Shown piece after piece: positions 48,248-60,790 of a stretch of DNA of 64,000 nt. The notes below the pieces were generated by a model. The model was not told the origin of the DNA. It ran no database searches and was given only the letters and a program-made list of their open reading frames with translations. This stretch comes from Yuukianura sp. NJ FZ-2021 (taxonomy: Eukaryota), in the NCBI GenBank assembly GCA_046563655.1, contig CM102283.1, forward strand, positions 1,922,001-1,986,000, written 5' to 3'. Each line of letters opens with the position of its first letter. Position 1 is the first letter of the stretch. The position numbers and the translations under genes were made by a program.

Positions 48248-51015
48248 TCAAGTAATTTTGTTAGATTTAGTTTCTTTTTCGGTTTTCTTTTTGTAGGGCA
48301 AGTAGCTCCAGAAAGCAGCGTCTTTCCCAATGTCATTGGCGTCGTCCATGGATTCCGGAAGACTCCTATCTAACGTTTCAGGCAGAAACAGGGACGCCAG
48401 AATTCCAAGGAGAGAAAGCAGGGCCATTGCGACGTAAGGCAACATAGGATCTAACTTGCCCTGAAACCAAAAATTAACATCTCAATTTACACTTATTGTT
48501 AATTGTTAAAAAAGCAGTTAAAGTTAAACTAGGTTAATTAATTGAGATTAACTTCTCTAAGCATTACCAAGAAAACCAAGTATGGCCCTGTGATGCCCAC
48601 GGCTGAGGCCGTGGTAGAAGCAAAGCCGGAGCCAGTTGACCTCAATTTCGTAGGAAAAATTTCTGTTCCCTGCAGATATACTACGAGGAAGGTCAGGGTG
48701 ATGCAGAACCTAAAATAAAACAAAAGGTCATTGACCTCAAATTTTAAAACTCAGATCATTGACCTCAAAAAACTAAAATTGATGCCAGCGCGGAATTATA
48801 ATAAAAAACTAGGCTCATTGACCTCTGAAATCATTGACGTCTAAGATATGTGACCTCTAAGGTCATTGCCCTCTAAGGTCATTGGCTTATAAGGTCGTTG
48901 ACCTCTAAGGTAATTGATCTTTAAGGTCATTGACCTCTAAGGTAATTGACCTTTGGGGTCATTGAGCCGCGACTAGAGGCCATTGTACTCTTACTTGGCA
49001 CAAACAATGGACACGATAACGAGAAACTGGAGGTTGTTGTGGACGCCAACCGCGGCTCCAATGAAGGCCACAATGCAGAGCGCGAAAAATACGACTTGTG
49101 TCCAGCGTCGCCCCGTCCGATCCACCAAGTAGCCACCAAGCCACCCCGACGGAACTTCAATTACCGCCAAAATGAAGAAATTCAAAAACTGGTTTCCAGA
49201 CATGTTACTTGCGTTGAGTGTAATTCCATAATACACAAGAGCGTTCATTGACCTTGAAAATTCAAAGAAAGATTACATCTTTGTCTCAACGCGCCCAAAA
49301 AATTCGATCTTTTCAAAATCCTCTGAAAATTCCAAATTCCCGGATTCAAAATTTACAGTTGAGTTGATTTCTCCTTTTTTTACCATGAAATTGTAAGCAT
49401 GATGGTATTTTTAGCTAGTCCAGATTTGCTAAACAATGTCCAAATTCCAAAGTGTTTTTCTTCTTGAACTTGTTTGTCTGCAATTGATTTTAGCATGGCT
49501 TCCAGTTTTTCCCGCGGAACTTTGTCTGAGCGTCCATTGGTTGCTGCCACGTTTTGAATTATGGCGGCTGCACGTTCTGTTTGTCCAACAGAAACCAGCC
49601 ATCTAGGGGATTCTGGAAGGTAGTTCCAGAGTCCAAAAACTAAAATTCCAGGAACCGATGTGACCAGACCAATGATAAACCAATGTCTTGTAGCCCATGC
49701 CAGAAGTGGAAGTAGTGCCATTCCAACAACCTTTTCAAAATTTCAAAAAAAAAATCTAAATTACAAAACCTATTCAAAAATTTCAGTTTAAGTTCTAGAA
49801 TTCTTGAATAGAAGTTTTAGTTCCGCATACCCAAATGACCCACGTAAAGGCGTAGATGAATCCACGATATTCTGAAAAAAGAAAGCCAGAATTTCGTGTG
49901 TTTCGAAAATTTCGAATGAGAAATTTTCAGAAATGGCATTTTGAAAATCCCCGTTACCTTTGTCAGACAGTTCCGCAGCGATCATGCTTGGCGTAATGTA
50001 CATGACCGGAAATGCCGTACCGACGATGAATTGTACAACAAGGAACAGGAGAAAACAGTGCGGAACGAAAAGACTCACGACGCGGAAAAACGTATTGATG
50101 AAAACCGTCAGAAAAAATATCGGTCTGCGTCCGAATCTGAAAGTTCAAAAAATGTTTTCTAAAATTTTTTTCATAAGAAAATAGCACAGAAGGAATAACT
50201 CTGGAGGCGCCTTATAGTATATCAGCAGTGGTTCCTTACTTGTCTGCACTCCATCCAAAGATGAGTGCGCCGACGCAGTTTCCAACGGCCTGAAAAGTGA
50301 TACATAAAATTCAAATAATTTTTAACTACTAGATGCCATAATGCATAAATTTAATTATAATTATTATAATATCATAAATTAATTTACGTAGAGTGTTAAG
50401 GCATCGGTTGCATAATGTTCTCTTTCGCAAACCCAGTCGTAGTTAGACGGAATGGTCAAATCGTAGTCAGTTTTGTCATAGTCCCACCCGTGGGCACAGT
50501 CCGTAATTTCCCCATCGCTCCCAAACATTTTACATTGGTTGAACTTTTCTTCTTCGCCTATTCCAACCTCCCTACAAAAAGTTATTTTTTCAAATTTTTG
50601 CATTTTTTTTTTTTGATTTTTTGAAATGAATTTGAAATATTTTCGTACTTAGGAATAGTCAGGTTCTTCCAAGCGTCCATTTCCGTCCCGTTCCCACGTC
50701 CCGGCACGTGACACCAGTGATCAGGCTGGAATCAAGTAAAATGTAAGAAATTAAAAATCAATATTAGTAAAATTCCATTTTTAGAAAACTTGTGTTTTTC
50801 AAAATTTTGAGGTTTTTAGTTACTTCATATAGCATAAAGAGGGCGTTGAGAGTGAAGATGGGTTGGACCATGATGATTGGACCAAGAATGGCAAAAACCA
50901 AAATTTTTTGGTACTTCCCTTGAGATCCTGCCAGTTCCAGAACCTGGTCAAATTCGTCCGTTTCCACGGCAGTTCCAAGGTCATTCTCAGGCAGTTCGTC
51001 ACGGTCATCTTTGTC
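48248..51015 (-). CDS. SLC22/organic cation MFS transporter 2 (first exon not resolved)
   Basis: TIPSNYDWVC, ADKFGRRP, PESPRWL, DRTGRRW, EIFPTKLR, LPET. Confidence 0.88.
48725..48965. repeat. Intronic 16-bp tandem array of AGGTCAnTGACCT palindromes
   Basis: Units like aaggtcattgacctct repeated about ten times with variation. Confidence 0.8.
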
Positions 51016-54000
51016 CTGAGAACAAACATTGCATGATCAAGGTAAGTCACACTAAAGTGTTGGTGTCATGGTGTCACATCAAATAGAACTGACACATAAA
51101 ACATACTGGGTGACCTTGAACATTAACAATGGAAATTTCAAATTCTCCTTTGTCGCAATTTCAAATTTTTTACATTTCAAATGGAACTGGAAGTACTAAT
51201 CAAAATTTTACGAACGTTTTGCAAAAAAATACTGTGTGGATATAATTACTTAGCAACAACTTTAAACCCAAAACGTTAATTACCGTAGAGTAATTTTTTC
51301 GAAATTTATCAATCACGTTTCTTCTTTAGAAATTTTGTATTTTCTTGTTTAAATTCCAGATAAGTGTCGATTTGTACATGGTCATTAATATTCTAAAAGT
51401 CACGTTAAAATTTTGTTCTTGATAAGTGCAATGCTTAATGCTAGAGTTTTATGTGTTGTTTTAGAATTTCACAATTCGTGTGACCTCGAGGTCACTTAGA
51501 ATCTGGAAGTGTGGCGACAATCATAGTTTGTTTTATCTTTGAAGCGCGACGACAACTTTAAGGAAGGGCCAGTAACATGCTTTTTCTTCCAAAATTTGGC
51601 GGCATAAAATTTAGCAATAAGTGAAACAACAAATTTTTGCCCGTACCAAACGACGTAGTTGTCGACTTTCAAAAAATTTGCTTGGTTCGTAAAGAGACGA
51701 AGTAAACTTTGTCGAAGAAAAAGTATGCTGATAGGTTATGACCAAGTAAAATTCAAATGCAAATTCAAGTTCAAATTGATCATAAAAATATATATAAAAA
51801 ACTTTGCTAAAAAACGGTGGGAAAAAAAGTAAAAAAAAAAAAAAACTCTTACCAAATTGATTTCCTCGAACCCCATCTGCTTTGTAAAAATTTGTAAAAA
51901 GTTTATGAAAATTAGTTAATACTTCCACTTCGGAATTTCGAAATTTTGAATTTCCGGAACTATACGTATGTCCATACTTCTAAATTCCAGTTTCACCAAA
52001 ATTCAAAAAATCTTATCAATTTTTTTCACTTGTAACAAATGTATATAACTTTGTATAGTTGAAAATATGTAGCTTTTGTAACTAATGAAATTCTAGACTA
52101 ATGAAATACTAATGACATGTAATTCCGACCAATGCAAAGTCCGAATAACGTGGATAACTGAATGTCTGATGTTTGTAACGTTGGACCTAACGTAGGTAAC
52201 CGAGTTACAAATGTTAGTAACGACGATGTTACAATTGATGCTTTCGTATTGAAGTGCCTGTTGTAAATGAGGTTGTCAGTTAATGATTTGGATTGAGCAA
52301 TGGGGGAAGGGGAGAGTCACCTAAACTTTTTATTAGGTAGGTAGGGACGGGCGTACTGTAAACTTTACTGTGACGGTGGCACACCAAATTCTTACAGTAT
52401 GTGATTGTAAGAACATGAGTTAGGGATTTTACACACCAAAATACTGTAGGACGGTAATTCTTGGCGCGAGTTGATTTTAAAATTCAGAGTGATAAAAAAA
52501 GTCTCAGGAAAAAAAACAAACTTTTTTTAAGAAAAGTAAAAAGAAACGTCCCGAATGCTCTCCTAGATTTCATGACTATCCAGTGATTCAAAATTTAATG
52601 TAGTAGAGGGTTTACTATGTAAAAATTATAGGTTATGTAACAATCCTATCCTACAACTAATACAGTTAAAATAGAATCCATTTAGTGTTAACTTGGACGC
52701 CTTCCATCCCTTTAAAATCGTAGTGAGTACAGCGTGTTGAATGTTGTCGCTTCATCGTTTTTGTTTTGCTGATTCGCTGCAGCTACAGTGACATGTCCTT
52801 CTTTCTACACCTAATATAGAAGAAACGAATCGTCAGTTGGTTCTGGTATCGTAGCTGGGAAAAGAATTGAATTATCAAGGTTCTAAAAGTTACAAACTTA
52901 CGAATATCTAGTTGTCAATTTTGTTGCCGGAACGGAACGGATGCAAGTAGCGTTCTGATACGGCACCGTACTTTTAGTCCATTCACTCCAGAATTAGGGA
53001 TTACTGGATTAATTGCCGTTTCTTCTAATTAATTGCCGTTAATCGTTTCTTCGATTGAATTCGGGAGCCCGAATTAATTGGCAGGGTTGAGTCGGAAGCC
53101 TACAAGAGCATAGTTTAAGTTAAGGCAGAGAGAAGCACAATAATTTTAACGCGTCATTTTTTTCAAGTCGGTCACTTACGATTTGAATATTCTCAGTTCC
53201 CGAATCCGCGTTCTCAGCTTAATCCTACGGTGTCACCAGCTGAGGACTCTTGTCAATTAAAGTACTACTTACGATTAGTCCAGTCAATAAATATATGTAC
53301 TTCCCAAACAAACTTAACAAACTGACGTGACTTCTGAAAGTTCCAGACAGAAACAGCTGAGCAATTTAAGTTTTAGAAAAAAGTCAAATTTCAAAATAAG
53401 TGTTCTGGCGCCAGAGGAAGAGTCTCGGCTGGCCCCTTTTTTGCCCTCATCCTACAGTACAGTAAAATCTAGAGACGTGTTTGGAAAAAAGGCGAGTTTA
53501 CTCTCATTTCTGACGGTGTGCCCAGGCCACAGTCAGAATCACAGTACTACAGTACCACAGTACGCCCTTCCCTACCTTACTATTCTCCCTTTGTTTTTCA
53601 TATGGAAATAAAAACTGTAACTCACCCCCATGCTCTGTGAAAAAGTTAGTTTAGAAATTATGGATATAAGTTTAAATGTAGTTTAAATTAACTAACATTC
53701 GACACAAAATCTCCACTAAAGTTAGCCGAAGAGGGAAGCTGTGATGTAGACCAGAAACAGAGACAGTTACAATTAATAAATGAGATTAATGGCAACCTCA
53801 AATGAAACACACATTCTGCATATCCAGCAATTCTGGAAGCCCTGCTTTCAAAAAACTACAGTAAACCGCCTCAACTTCGTTTATTTCCAAAGTTCAATTG
53901 ACGTTGTTCAGATTGAACGTTTTGAGCAAGTGGAAGTCGGTGCATGAGGAATGTAGAGAATGTTTAAATTCTGAAACCAATTTGTACAATTTGTCATAAG

Positions 54001-57000
54001 TTTTGTTCATAGATGGCACATGTGCATAGGAGAATTCAGTTTCAAAATTTTCGTCTTTTGGAAAATTTCATAATTTGAAAAAAGGGGTGAAGGTCAAAGA
54101 CACCATGCAAAGACGAAACACAGTTTCTGAGAAGTACCTAAACTTTCCTACGTCAATTAAGTAATTAACAACATCGTTTTTGGCAAAAACTTTTGCAAAT
54201 TTCATTTTATGAAAAAATTGGATATCAAATGTTTTAAAAATAATTTATGTAAAGCAGAATTTTTGAACTCAAATTTTTTTTTGAGTTCGTAGTTGGGAAG
54301 TTCAGTTTATAATTTTATTTTTGCAAAAAGAAAAAAAAAGAGACAAAGCAAAAGTTTGTGAGAGAAAATTTTTTGGTTTTAAGGATGTCAAAAAATTTGC
54401 AAAAGCAAAAATTGCAAAAGCAAATGCAAAAAATTTGACTTGATCTTGCAGGTAAGATCAAGTCAACTTTTTGCATAGCAAAAGTTGTATACAAAAATGC
54501 ACACAAGTTGTGTTGTTTGCAAAATTTTTTTGCAAATGTTCCTGAAACCTACGCTGCTGTACTAAAAGTAAAAGCTTCTTTTGCCGATTGTTTAGCAGAA
54601 GGCAAAGAACTTTTGGTTGGTTTCAGACGCGTCAAAATGAAAACAACTTGTACAAAAATTTGCACATGTTTGTTGCCTCGAACTTGTTTCGAATTTGCAA
54701 ATTTTGGCGAGAGGGATGATGATAAAGTATTTTTGCAAAGATTCATTCAACCCTTGTTTAATTTTGCACACAGTGCGGGTAGTGGCAGAAGAGGCGTTAC
54801 CGGACATTACAGATCAAACATAAGTCTGGACCGGTACAGTTCTGGACGGAAACGCATGAACCGGCACACTTCCAAAACGATACTAATGGACGGTATTGTT
54901 GCAGAATGCAAAGTTGCGTTAAGCCACATTCCGTCCACTACTACTGCCGTCCATTAATTTCCGTCCACATCCGTCCTGGAACTGTGCAGAAGGAGTGAAG
55001 GTGACCTTAACCTTGGGCGCAACAGATCCCAGAGCTACCAGTCTGAGTCCAGCCTAAGGATGTTTGGACCACATGGAGGAGATGTGCCAAAATTACGCAA
55101 GCAGTTACGGCGGGGAGATTCAAAAAACCTCCCACCCCACGACGAAAAAAGTTGGAAGTGCCATGGGCCATTGGACAAGAGGTTTAATAGTCTTTATTAC
55201 TTGGCTTTTGAAAACTTGTTTTTAGCCCAACGAATCTTTGTTCCCCGAATCCCGACAATTGAGTAGTGGACCCTAACCATATCACCTCTACTAACCATGA
55301 ACCAAGCACCAAGCTGTTCAACAAAGTCTTTGCGCAGAAACGCATAATAACCAAAAACTGAGCAAAAAATTACTTGGGCAAAAAATCCAAAGTGGAGATG
55401 TGGAATAGCAACCGGAAAAAACAATTGCAGGGCCGGACAACTCCCAGAGAAGGCCGTCACTCATACCTGAGGCTTTAGTATTTTAAGGCAAAAATCTTTT
55501 ATATTTGAGTTTTTAACGCGAAAAGAACATATAGGCTAAAACGTTGTAAAGCAACAACAAAAGCAACGTTATACTGAATTAACCTAAATTGGTTGGTTAA
55601 AACATTAAAATTTATTGTTTGTGGAAAATTCAATGTAGTTAAATAGCACCCATTCAAACAATGTGAAACATTTTTGAGAAATATTTAAAAACATATGATT
55701 GGTGGTTTTCGAATTTGGGTTTTTATTATCATTATTAATTACGGATAACCCGCAATTATTGTTTGATTACTAAAGTTTTCCTTGCAGAATTTCATCACTG
55801 AATTTATTTAGAGTATTTGAACTAAATTTGTCGGTAATTTTCATGATTTGTTTAGTTAGATGCAACTGCGTTTAAAAACTCAGCGCGGAATTTCAAATCA
55901 ATTTAAATCAAATATTATGAAATAATTTCTTACATGATTGGTTTTGTTATTAAAACTTCATCACGATTTCCGGCTGTTTTGTAGTGTTTTTAATTTTTTC
56001 CCCGCTCTTTATTTTCAAATAATTATCCCCGCAGCCAAAGCTCCGCCTCTTTGGATTAATTCATTTCGTCCATTTCTTAAGCTGGATATCCTGCTGTGGA
56101 TGAAATGTCGAAAAAGCTGATATCCAGCCACAATACTGGTTACACTGCAATAGAACCGAGATTTAAATGTGGCCAAATTATGAATTATTGCTCGGGTAGT
56201 TGTGATTGTCGATTCAAAAAAAAAGTTTTTTTTCTAAAGTCTAACTTTTTCTTTTTAGATTTTGGAAGTTTTTACTACGAGATAAATTCCTGTATTGATT
56301 AATAATTTGGGAACGTCAGGTGATGTGAAAACAATTTTTTTAATATAACGGTGGTGGGGCCTCAGTGGCAAATGCGTTGTGCATTCCGGCCCTGAAGTCG
56401 ACTTCAGCAGCATACGATATATGGTTGTGCAGAGTCTATAGAGGACCTATCCGCTGGCCAAGAGGCCTTTGCCTGTGCTTCTAAGTTGGCGCTCTGCTGC
56501 TGGATTTGGACAGATATCCAGTCAGTACTTTTCTGGAAGGAATCCTGAGGACCCGTGTACTTTTGCGCTTCAAGCGCTTCGCTTCCTCCGTTTTAACCAG
56601 AACTTTCTTGAGTGTTTTCTCGGCGTCGAATAGAGGGAAATCGACTGCCAAACTTCGTCATTCCCTCCTGCGTCGTTTCTCTTTTCTACCCGTGTGCCCT
56701 CAGTCCACTTCCAGCATCCGAAACGGAGGGACGTACATAACCTAAGGTACGCCTACGATTAATCCAAGTGTAACTGTTTACTAACAATCGTTAACTAATT
56801 ACACACACACTGCAATTGACGGTCAACCACAACCACAAAATACGAAAGGTCAGTCATTACTTTCTTATGTCGTATTCGTATCTCGTATTCTCTATTCATA
56901 ATTTCTACGTTCCAAAAACGTTTCCTCGTTTCTGACATTTTAAAATAACGACGACATTCAAACGTTCGCATCGTTTAGGTTTATTGTTTTCTAATTGCGC

Positions 57001-60000
57001 TCAATGCTTGTAAGATTCATGAAAATTGGATGTTGATGTAGATGTTATCGTTTAGTATGTTAAGCAATAAGGTAATTGTCAGCAGCAAAGTGTTTACTTT
57101 CAGTTTCAAGATTCCCTATTCCTGATGATTCAGATTCACCTGACTATTTTTCACCTTAATTGTTCCTAACAGGTAGTACGTGTAAAGCTTTATGGTTTGA
57201 CAACAACATCTCAGTCTCGGCCTCCAGACATACCTTAAGTATTCACAGTTTTACTGGAAAAGTTACTCCGGGTTACCGGGTTGCTAAAAAAGCGACAACT
57301 TTGGGATTCTAACCTGGACGATACCCGAACCTATGCTTACTGTGTTTCATCTGGAGACAGGAAATGTACCCACACCAACCACCTTGTCCATGTCCTACAT
57401 TGTTCGTGGTCATGTCTCCGACCATTTTCGTCATTCCATAGTGTAGTGGTCACGGTCAGACAATAGTCATGCACGATTGATGGAAAATATCGTCACCAGA
57501 AATCGCGATTGCCGTTCCTGATTAGTTTTGCGGTTCCGAATTCGGTATTAAGTTTTGGGTTTGTTTGGTTTTGACAAGGCGTAGCGTAAGGTGAAAGGGA
57601 ACGATAAGCTAAAACGGCGGGCTTTTGTGTTTGTTGATAAAGTTGACATTTTACTTTTACGTTCTAAGGTTGTGTTGACGTAATTAGGGAGACTTGACAC
57701 GCTTTTGTATTTCTGGAATCGGAGGTGTTTATAACAGTTTCCAAGAAGAACTTGAGAACTGTTTGTTAGCATCAAAGAAAATCCAGTGGCAGGTTTTCTA
57801 CCAGGGTTGAACTTTGTTAGTATCATGTTTCATTGATTTTTCTTACGTTTTGTTGGCTACGTTTCAGTCATTTGTTTTGTTGTCTTTTTTTCACAAAAAC
57901 TTATTCGGATTTATCCAAAATTAGAACCAGAATCACTCGAATTCATTGCGATTATCGTCTATCTCTGATCAATTCGAAATTTCGATAAACCGTAAACATA
58001 AAGCAAAGTTTTTACCGTCGTAACAAAATTTTGAGTACTTAAACTATTGATGATTGCCAAAACTTTTCAAATAACCATAACCTAATCTTCACACTGCAGG
58101 TGAATCGAAATCAAACAGTTTTTTTTTGCTTTCACTGTCTTTTTCACGTTTTTTTGAGACCGTAGGCACCAGGAACTTTTTTTAAGTAAAAAATTTCTGT
58201 TTTTTTTTTTGTGAGCGTTACATAAAAATCTCGGATTTTACGAAAAATTTGGATTTTTGAAAACTGAAAGTGAAACGATGGACAAAGTAGTTTAAAATTT
58301 AGGGTAGAGCTGGTAGGTAACGCACTAATTGAATCAGTAAGTGGATACAAATGTCGTAATGACTATGATTTGGCGGGAAAAGTAGGAGAGGAGTGTAGTC
58401 GTCGTCATGTTCGTAATTCATCGATTTATCCATAATGATTCCTGGAATTGAAACTGTTTTTGTTCAAAGTCCTTTTTATAGAAAGTTTATTTCTATTTTA
58501 ACAGTTTTTTTTTAGTTTATTTCAGTTTTTACAAGAAAACAGTTTTTTCACAACTACGGAGAACTTTTGTAGAAAACAAAAGTAAAAGCAGGAATCGAGT
58601 GAATGAGATCAAAAGATTCTATTTTGATTTCCTTAGTATTTTGAAGTGTTTGATTTCTGATTCGTAGTAAAGTGCAGTAAGTGTGTTTGGGTTAGTGATA
58701 GTGAGGGATAATTTGGAAGTGTATATTGAGTTATTGATTGGAATTGTAAGTAGAGCAGGATCGCATTTTCGCATTCTGCGAAGAAAGAACTAGAAAGTTC
58801 CATGAAAATGTTGTAGAAAGTGCCCAGTAGCAGACTGACTGCTGTTGTGTCTGGTTGAGATGCTGGTGAAAGTGAATGGAGAAAGTAATGTAATAAATGG
58901 TGTCTTAAAGTTGAAGGTTCCCTGGCTCCTCCAGGATTTTGTTCTGGATAGGAACAAAACTTTTATAATATCCGTAAACTCCTTTCGACTCAATTTAACA
59001 TTCCGCAAGCATAACATTTTTAACATCTTGTGTAGGTGGACGTTTAAAACCTCCGCTCTTGTTTAATTAGTCGTTATTAATTGCATTTTTAAATGCCCAA
59101 CATCTTGATTTTGCTCATCAACGAAAACTCGAAAACACAAAAACAAGAAGAAAACTGGAAGAAAATGAAGCAAAACTTTGTATTGAGCTTCAGCTTTACT
59201 TTTGTTTAGTCTTGGCTTGGTTTGCATTATGCTTAGGTCAACTTTTAGTTAACTACGCTACGTTTACGTCATTTCATCTTATGACGTTCGTTAAAGGAAA
59301 GTTCGGAACTCGGTAAAAACATTAGAGTTTTCGCGTTTACGTGTTTTTAGATTCGTTTAGAGCAACAGACGCACTACAAAGGTCACGTTCTGTGGTTTTG
59401 GTAAAATTATTACGCCAAACTAATATTTTTTGGCGGTTTTTCGATTTTTGACGTTTTCAGTTAATAGGAGTTTGGATTTGGATGTTTAGGTTGAATTAAC
59501 TTCACATTTAGAAATGCCCTTTTCTTTGCTTTTACGAAAGATAATGTTGTTTTTTGTAGTTAAATCAAAAATTGGATAGAAAAGTTAAGTTATATCTATT
59601 AAGTTAGTTTTTTCATCTCAGATTTTGAAAATTCCTGATTGAAATGTGCAGTAATACTTTGAAATTGGAGTTAAGTTGAGAGTAAGTTTTTGTTTTTGCT
59701 TGAAAGACGAGAGAATTTAGATCATGGAGTTCTAAAATTAGGTTCCGTATGGTTTTGTTGGAGATGTGGTTAACGGGGTTTTGAGAAAGGAGGGTAATGG
59801 ATGATGAAGATGAAGTAGTGGCTGGGACATGCAACTTACAAAGTTTGCACTTCGGGATCTTTGCGAATACGTAGATTCAAAATTTGATCCAGATTTAAAA
59901 CATTTTGGAAATGAAAAGGGAAAGTGAAATCAATGAGTTCCGGGAAATCTAAATCTGAATTTTTGTATATTGGATTGTGTGGGATGATAAAAGCATTGTG

Positions 60001-60790
60001 TATTGGGTTAGGAGAAAGAGAATTTAAAAGAGATGGAAAAGGAGTTCCCAGTTCCAGGAATTCCAGGAAAAGTAAAAGTAGAAACATTTCCATTCCAGGA
60101 GTAATCAATCACGTCAATTAATTAAAACTTCTTCGGTTTTCTTTTTACGTACTTCTTTGTTTTGAATTTATGTCACCCTCACTTGGAATGAAAATGAAAA
60201 GTGACAAAAGTTGTTTTTTTTTAATTATATGTATCAACAAATGTAAATTTTCGAAATTTGGATTTTGAAAATGACGAATCTCCGATGAGATGAGAGGAAA
60301 ATGTTTATCTGGGGCAAACATACACAGTTCACATGAAATTTCTAAACGAATTCCTGGAATTTCCATTTTTGCAAATTGTCTGTCCGATGATTTCGAAAAA
60401 CGAAAACACAAAATTCTATGAAATTCGATAATTTGCATTTTGCTACGCAAGAATAGTAAGCATGAGTTCATGAGTTGGATTTCTGGATAGCAAAAACGGA
60501 AATTTGATGCGAGGGTCAGGGTAGAACTGAAAATTATGAAAACAGAAAAAACAGATGTAGTAATTTTATCCTTTTTTTCTGTTTTACAGAACTTGTTGCG
60601 TCTTTACAACTCTCGAAGTTTGTCAAGTTTTTCTGTGGCACAAGAATTGAATTGAGGAACACAAGCAGAACTTAAAAATCGCCTGGGATAAGTTGTTATT
60701 CAAGTCATTTGAGAAGAATGACGGCTTTGTGGAGCCGTGGACAACCTTCACATATCGTTTTGGAAGCATTCGGCATCAGTTTCTGCAAAA

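Noticed and set aside
46190-48965. Tandem repeats as CRISPR-like arrays
   Set aside because: Eukaryotic context, no unique spacers, no cas genes.
54768-54986. cacagt..actgtg ended segment as a Transib/CMC element
   Set aside because: Only ~6-bp terminal match and no convincing TSD.
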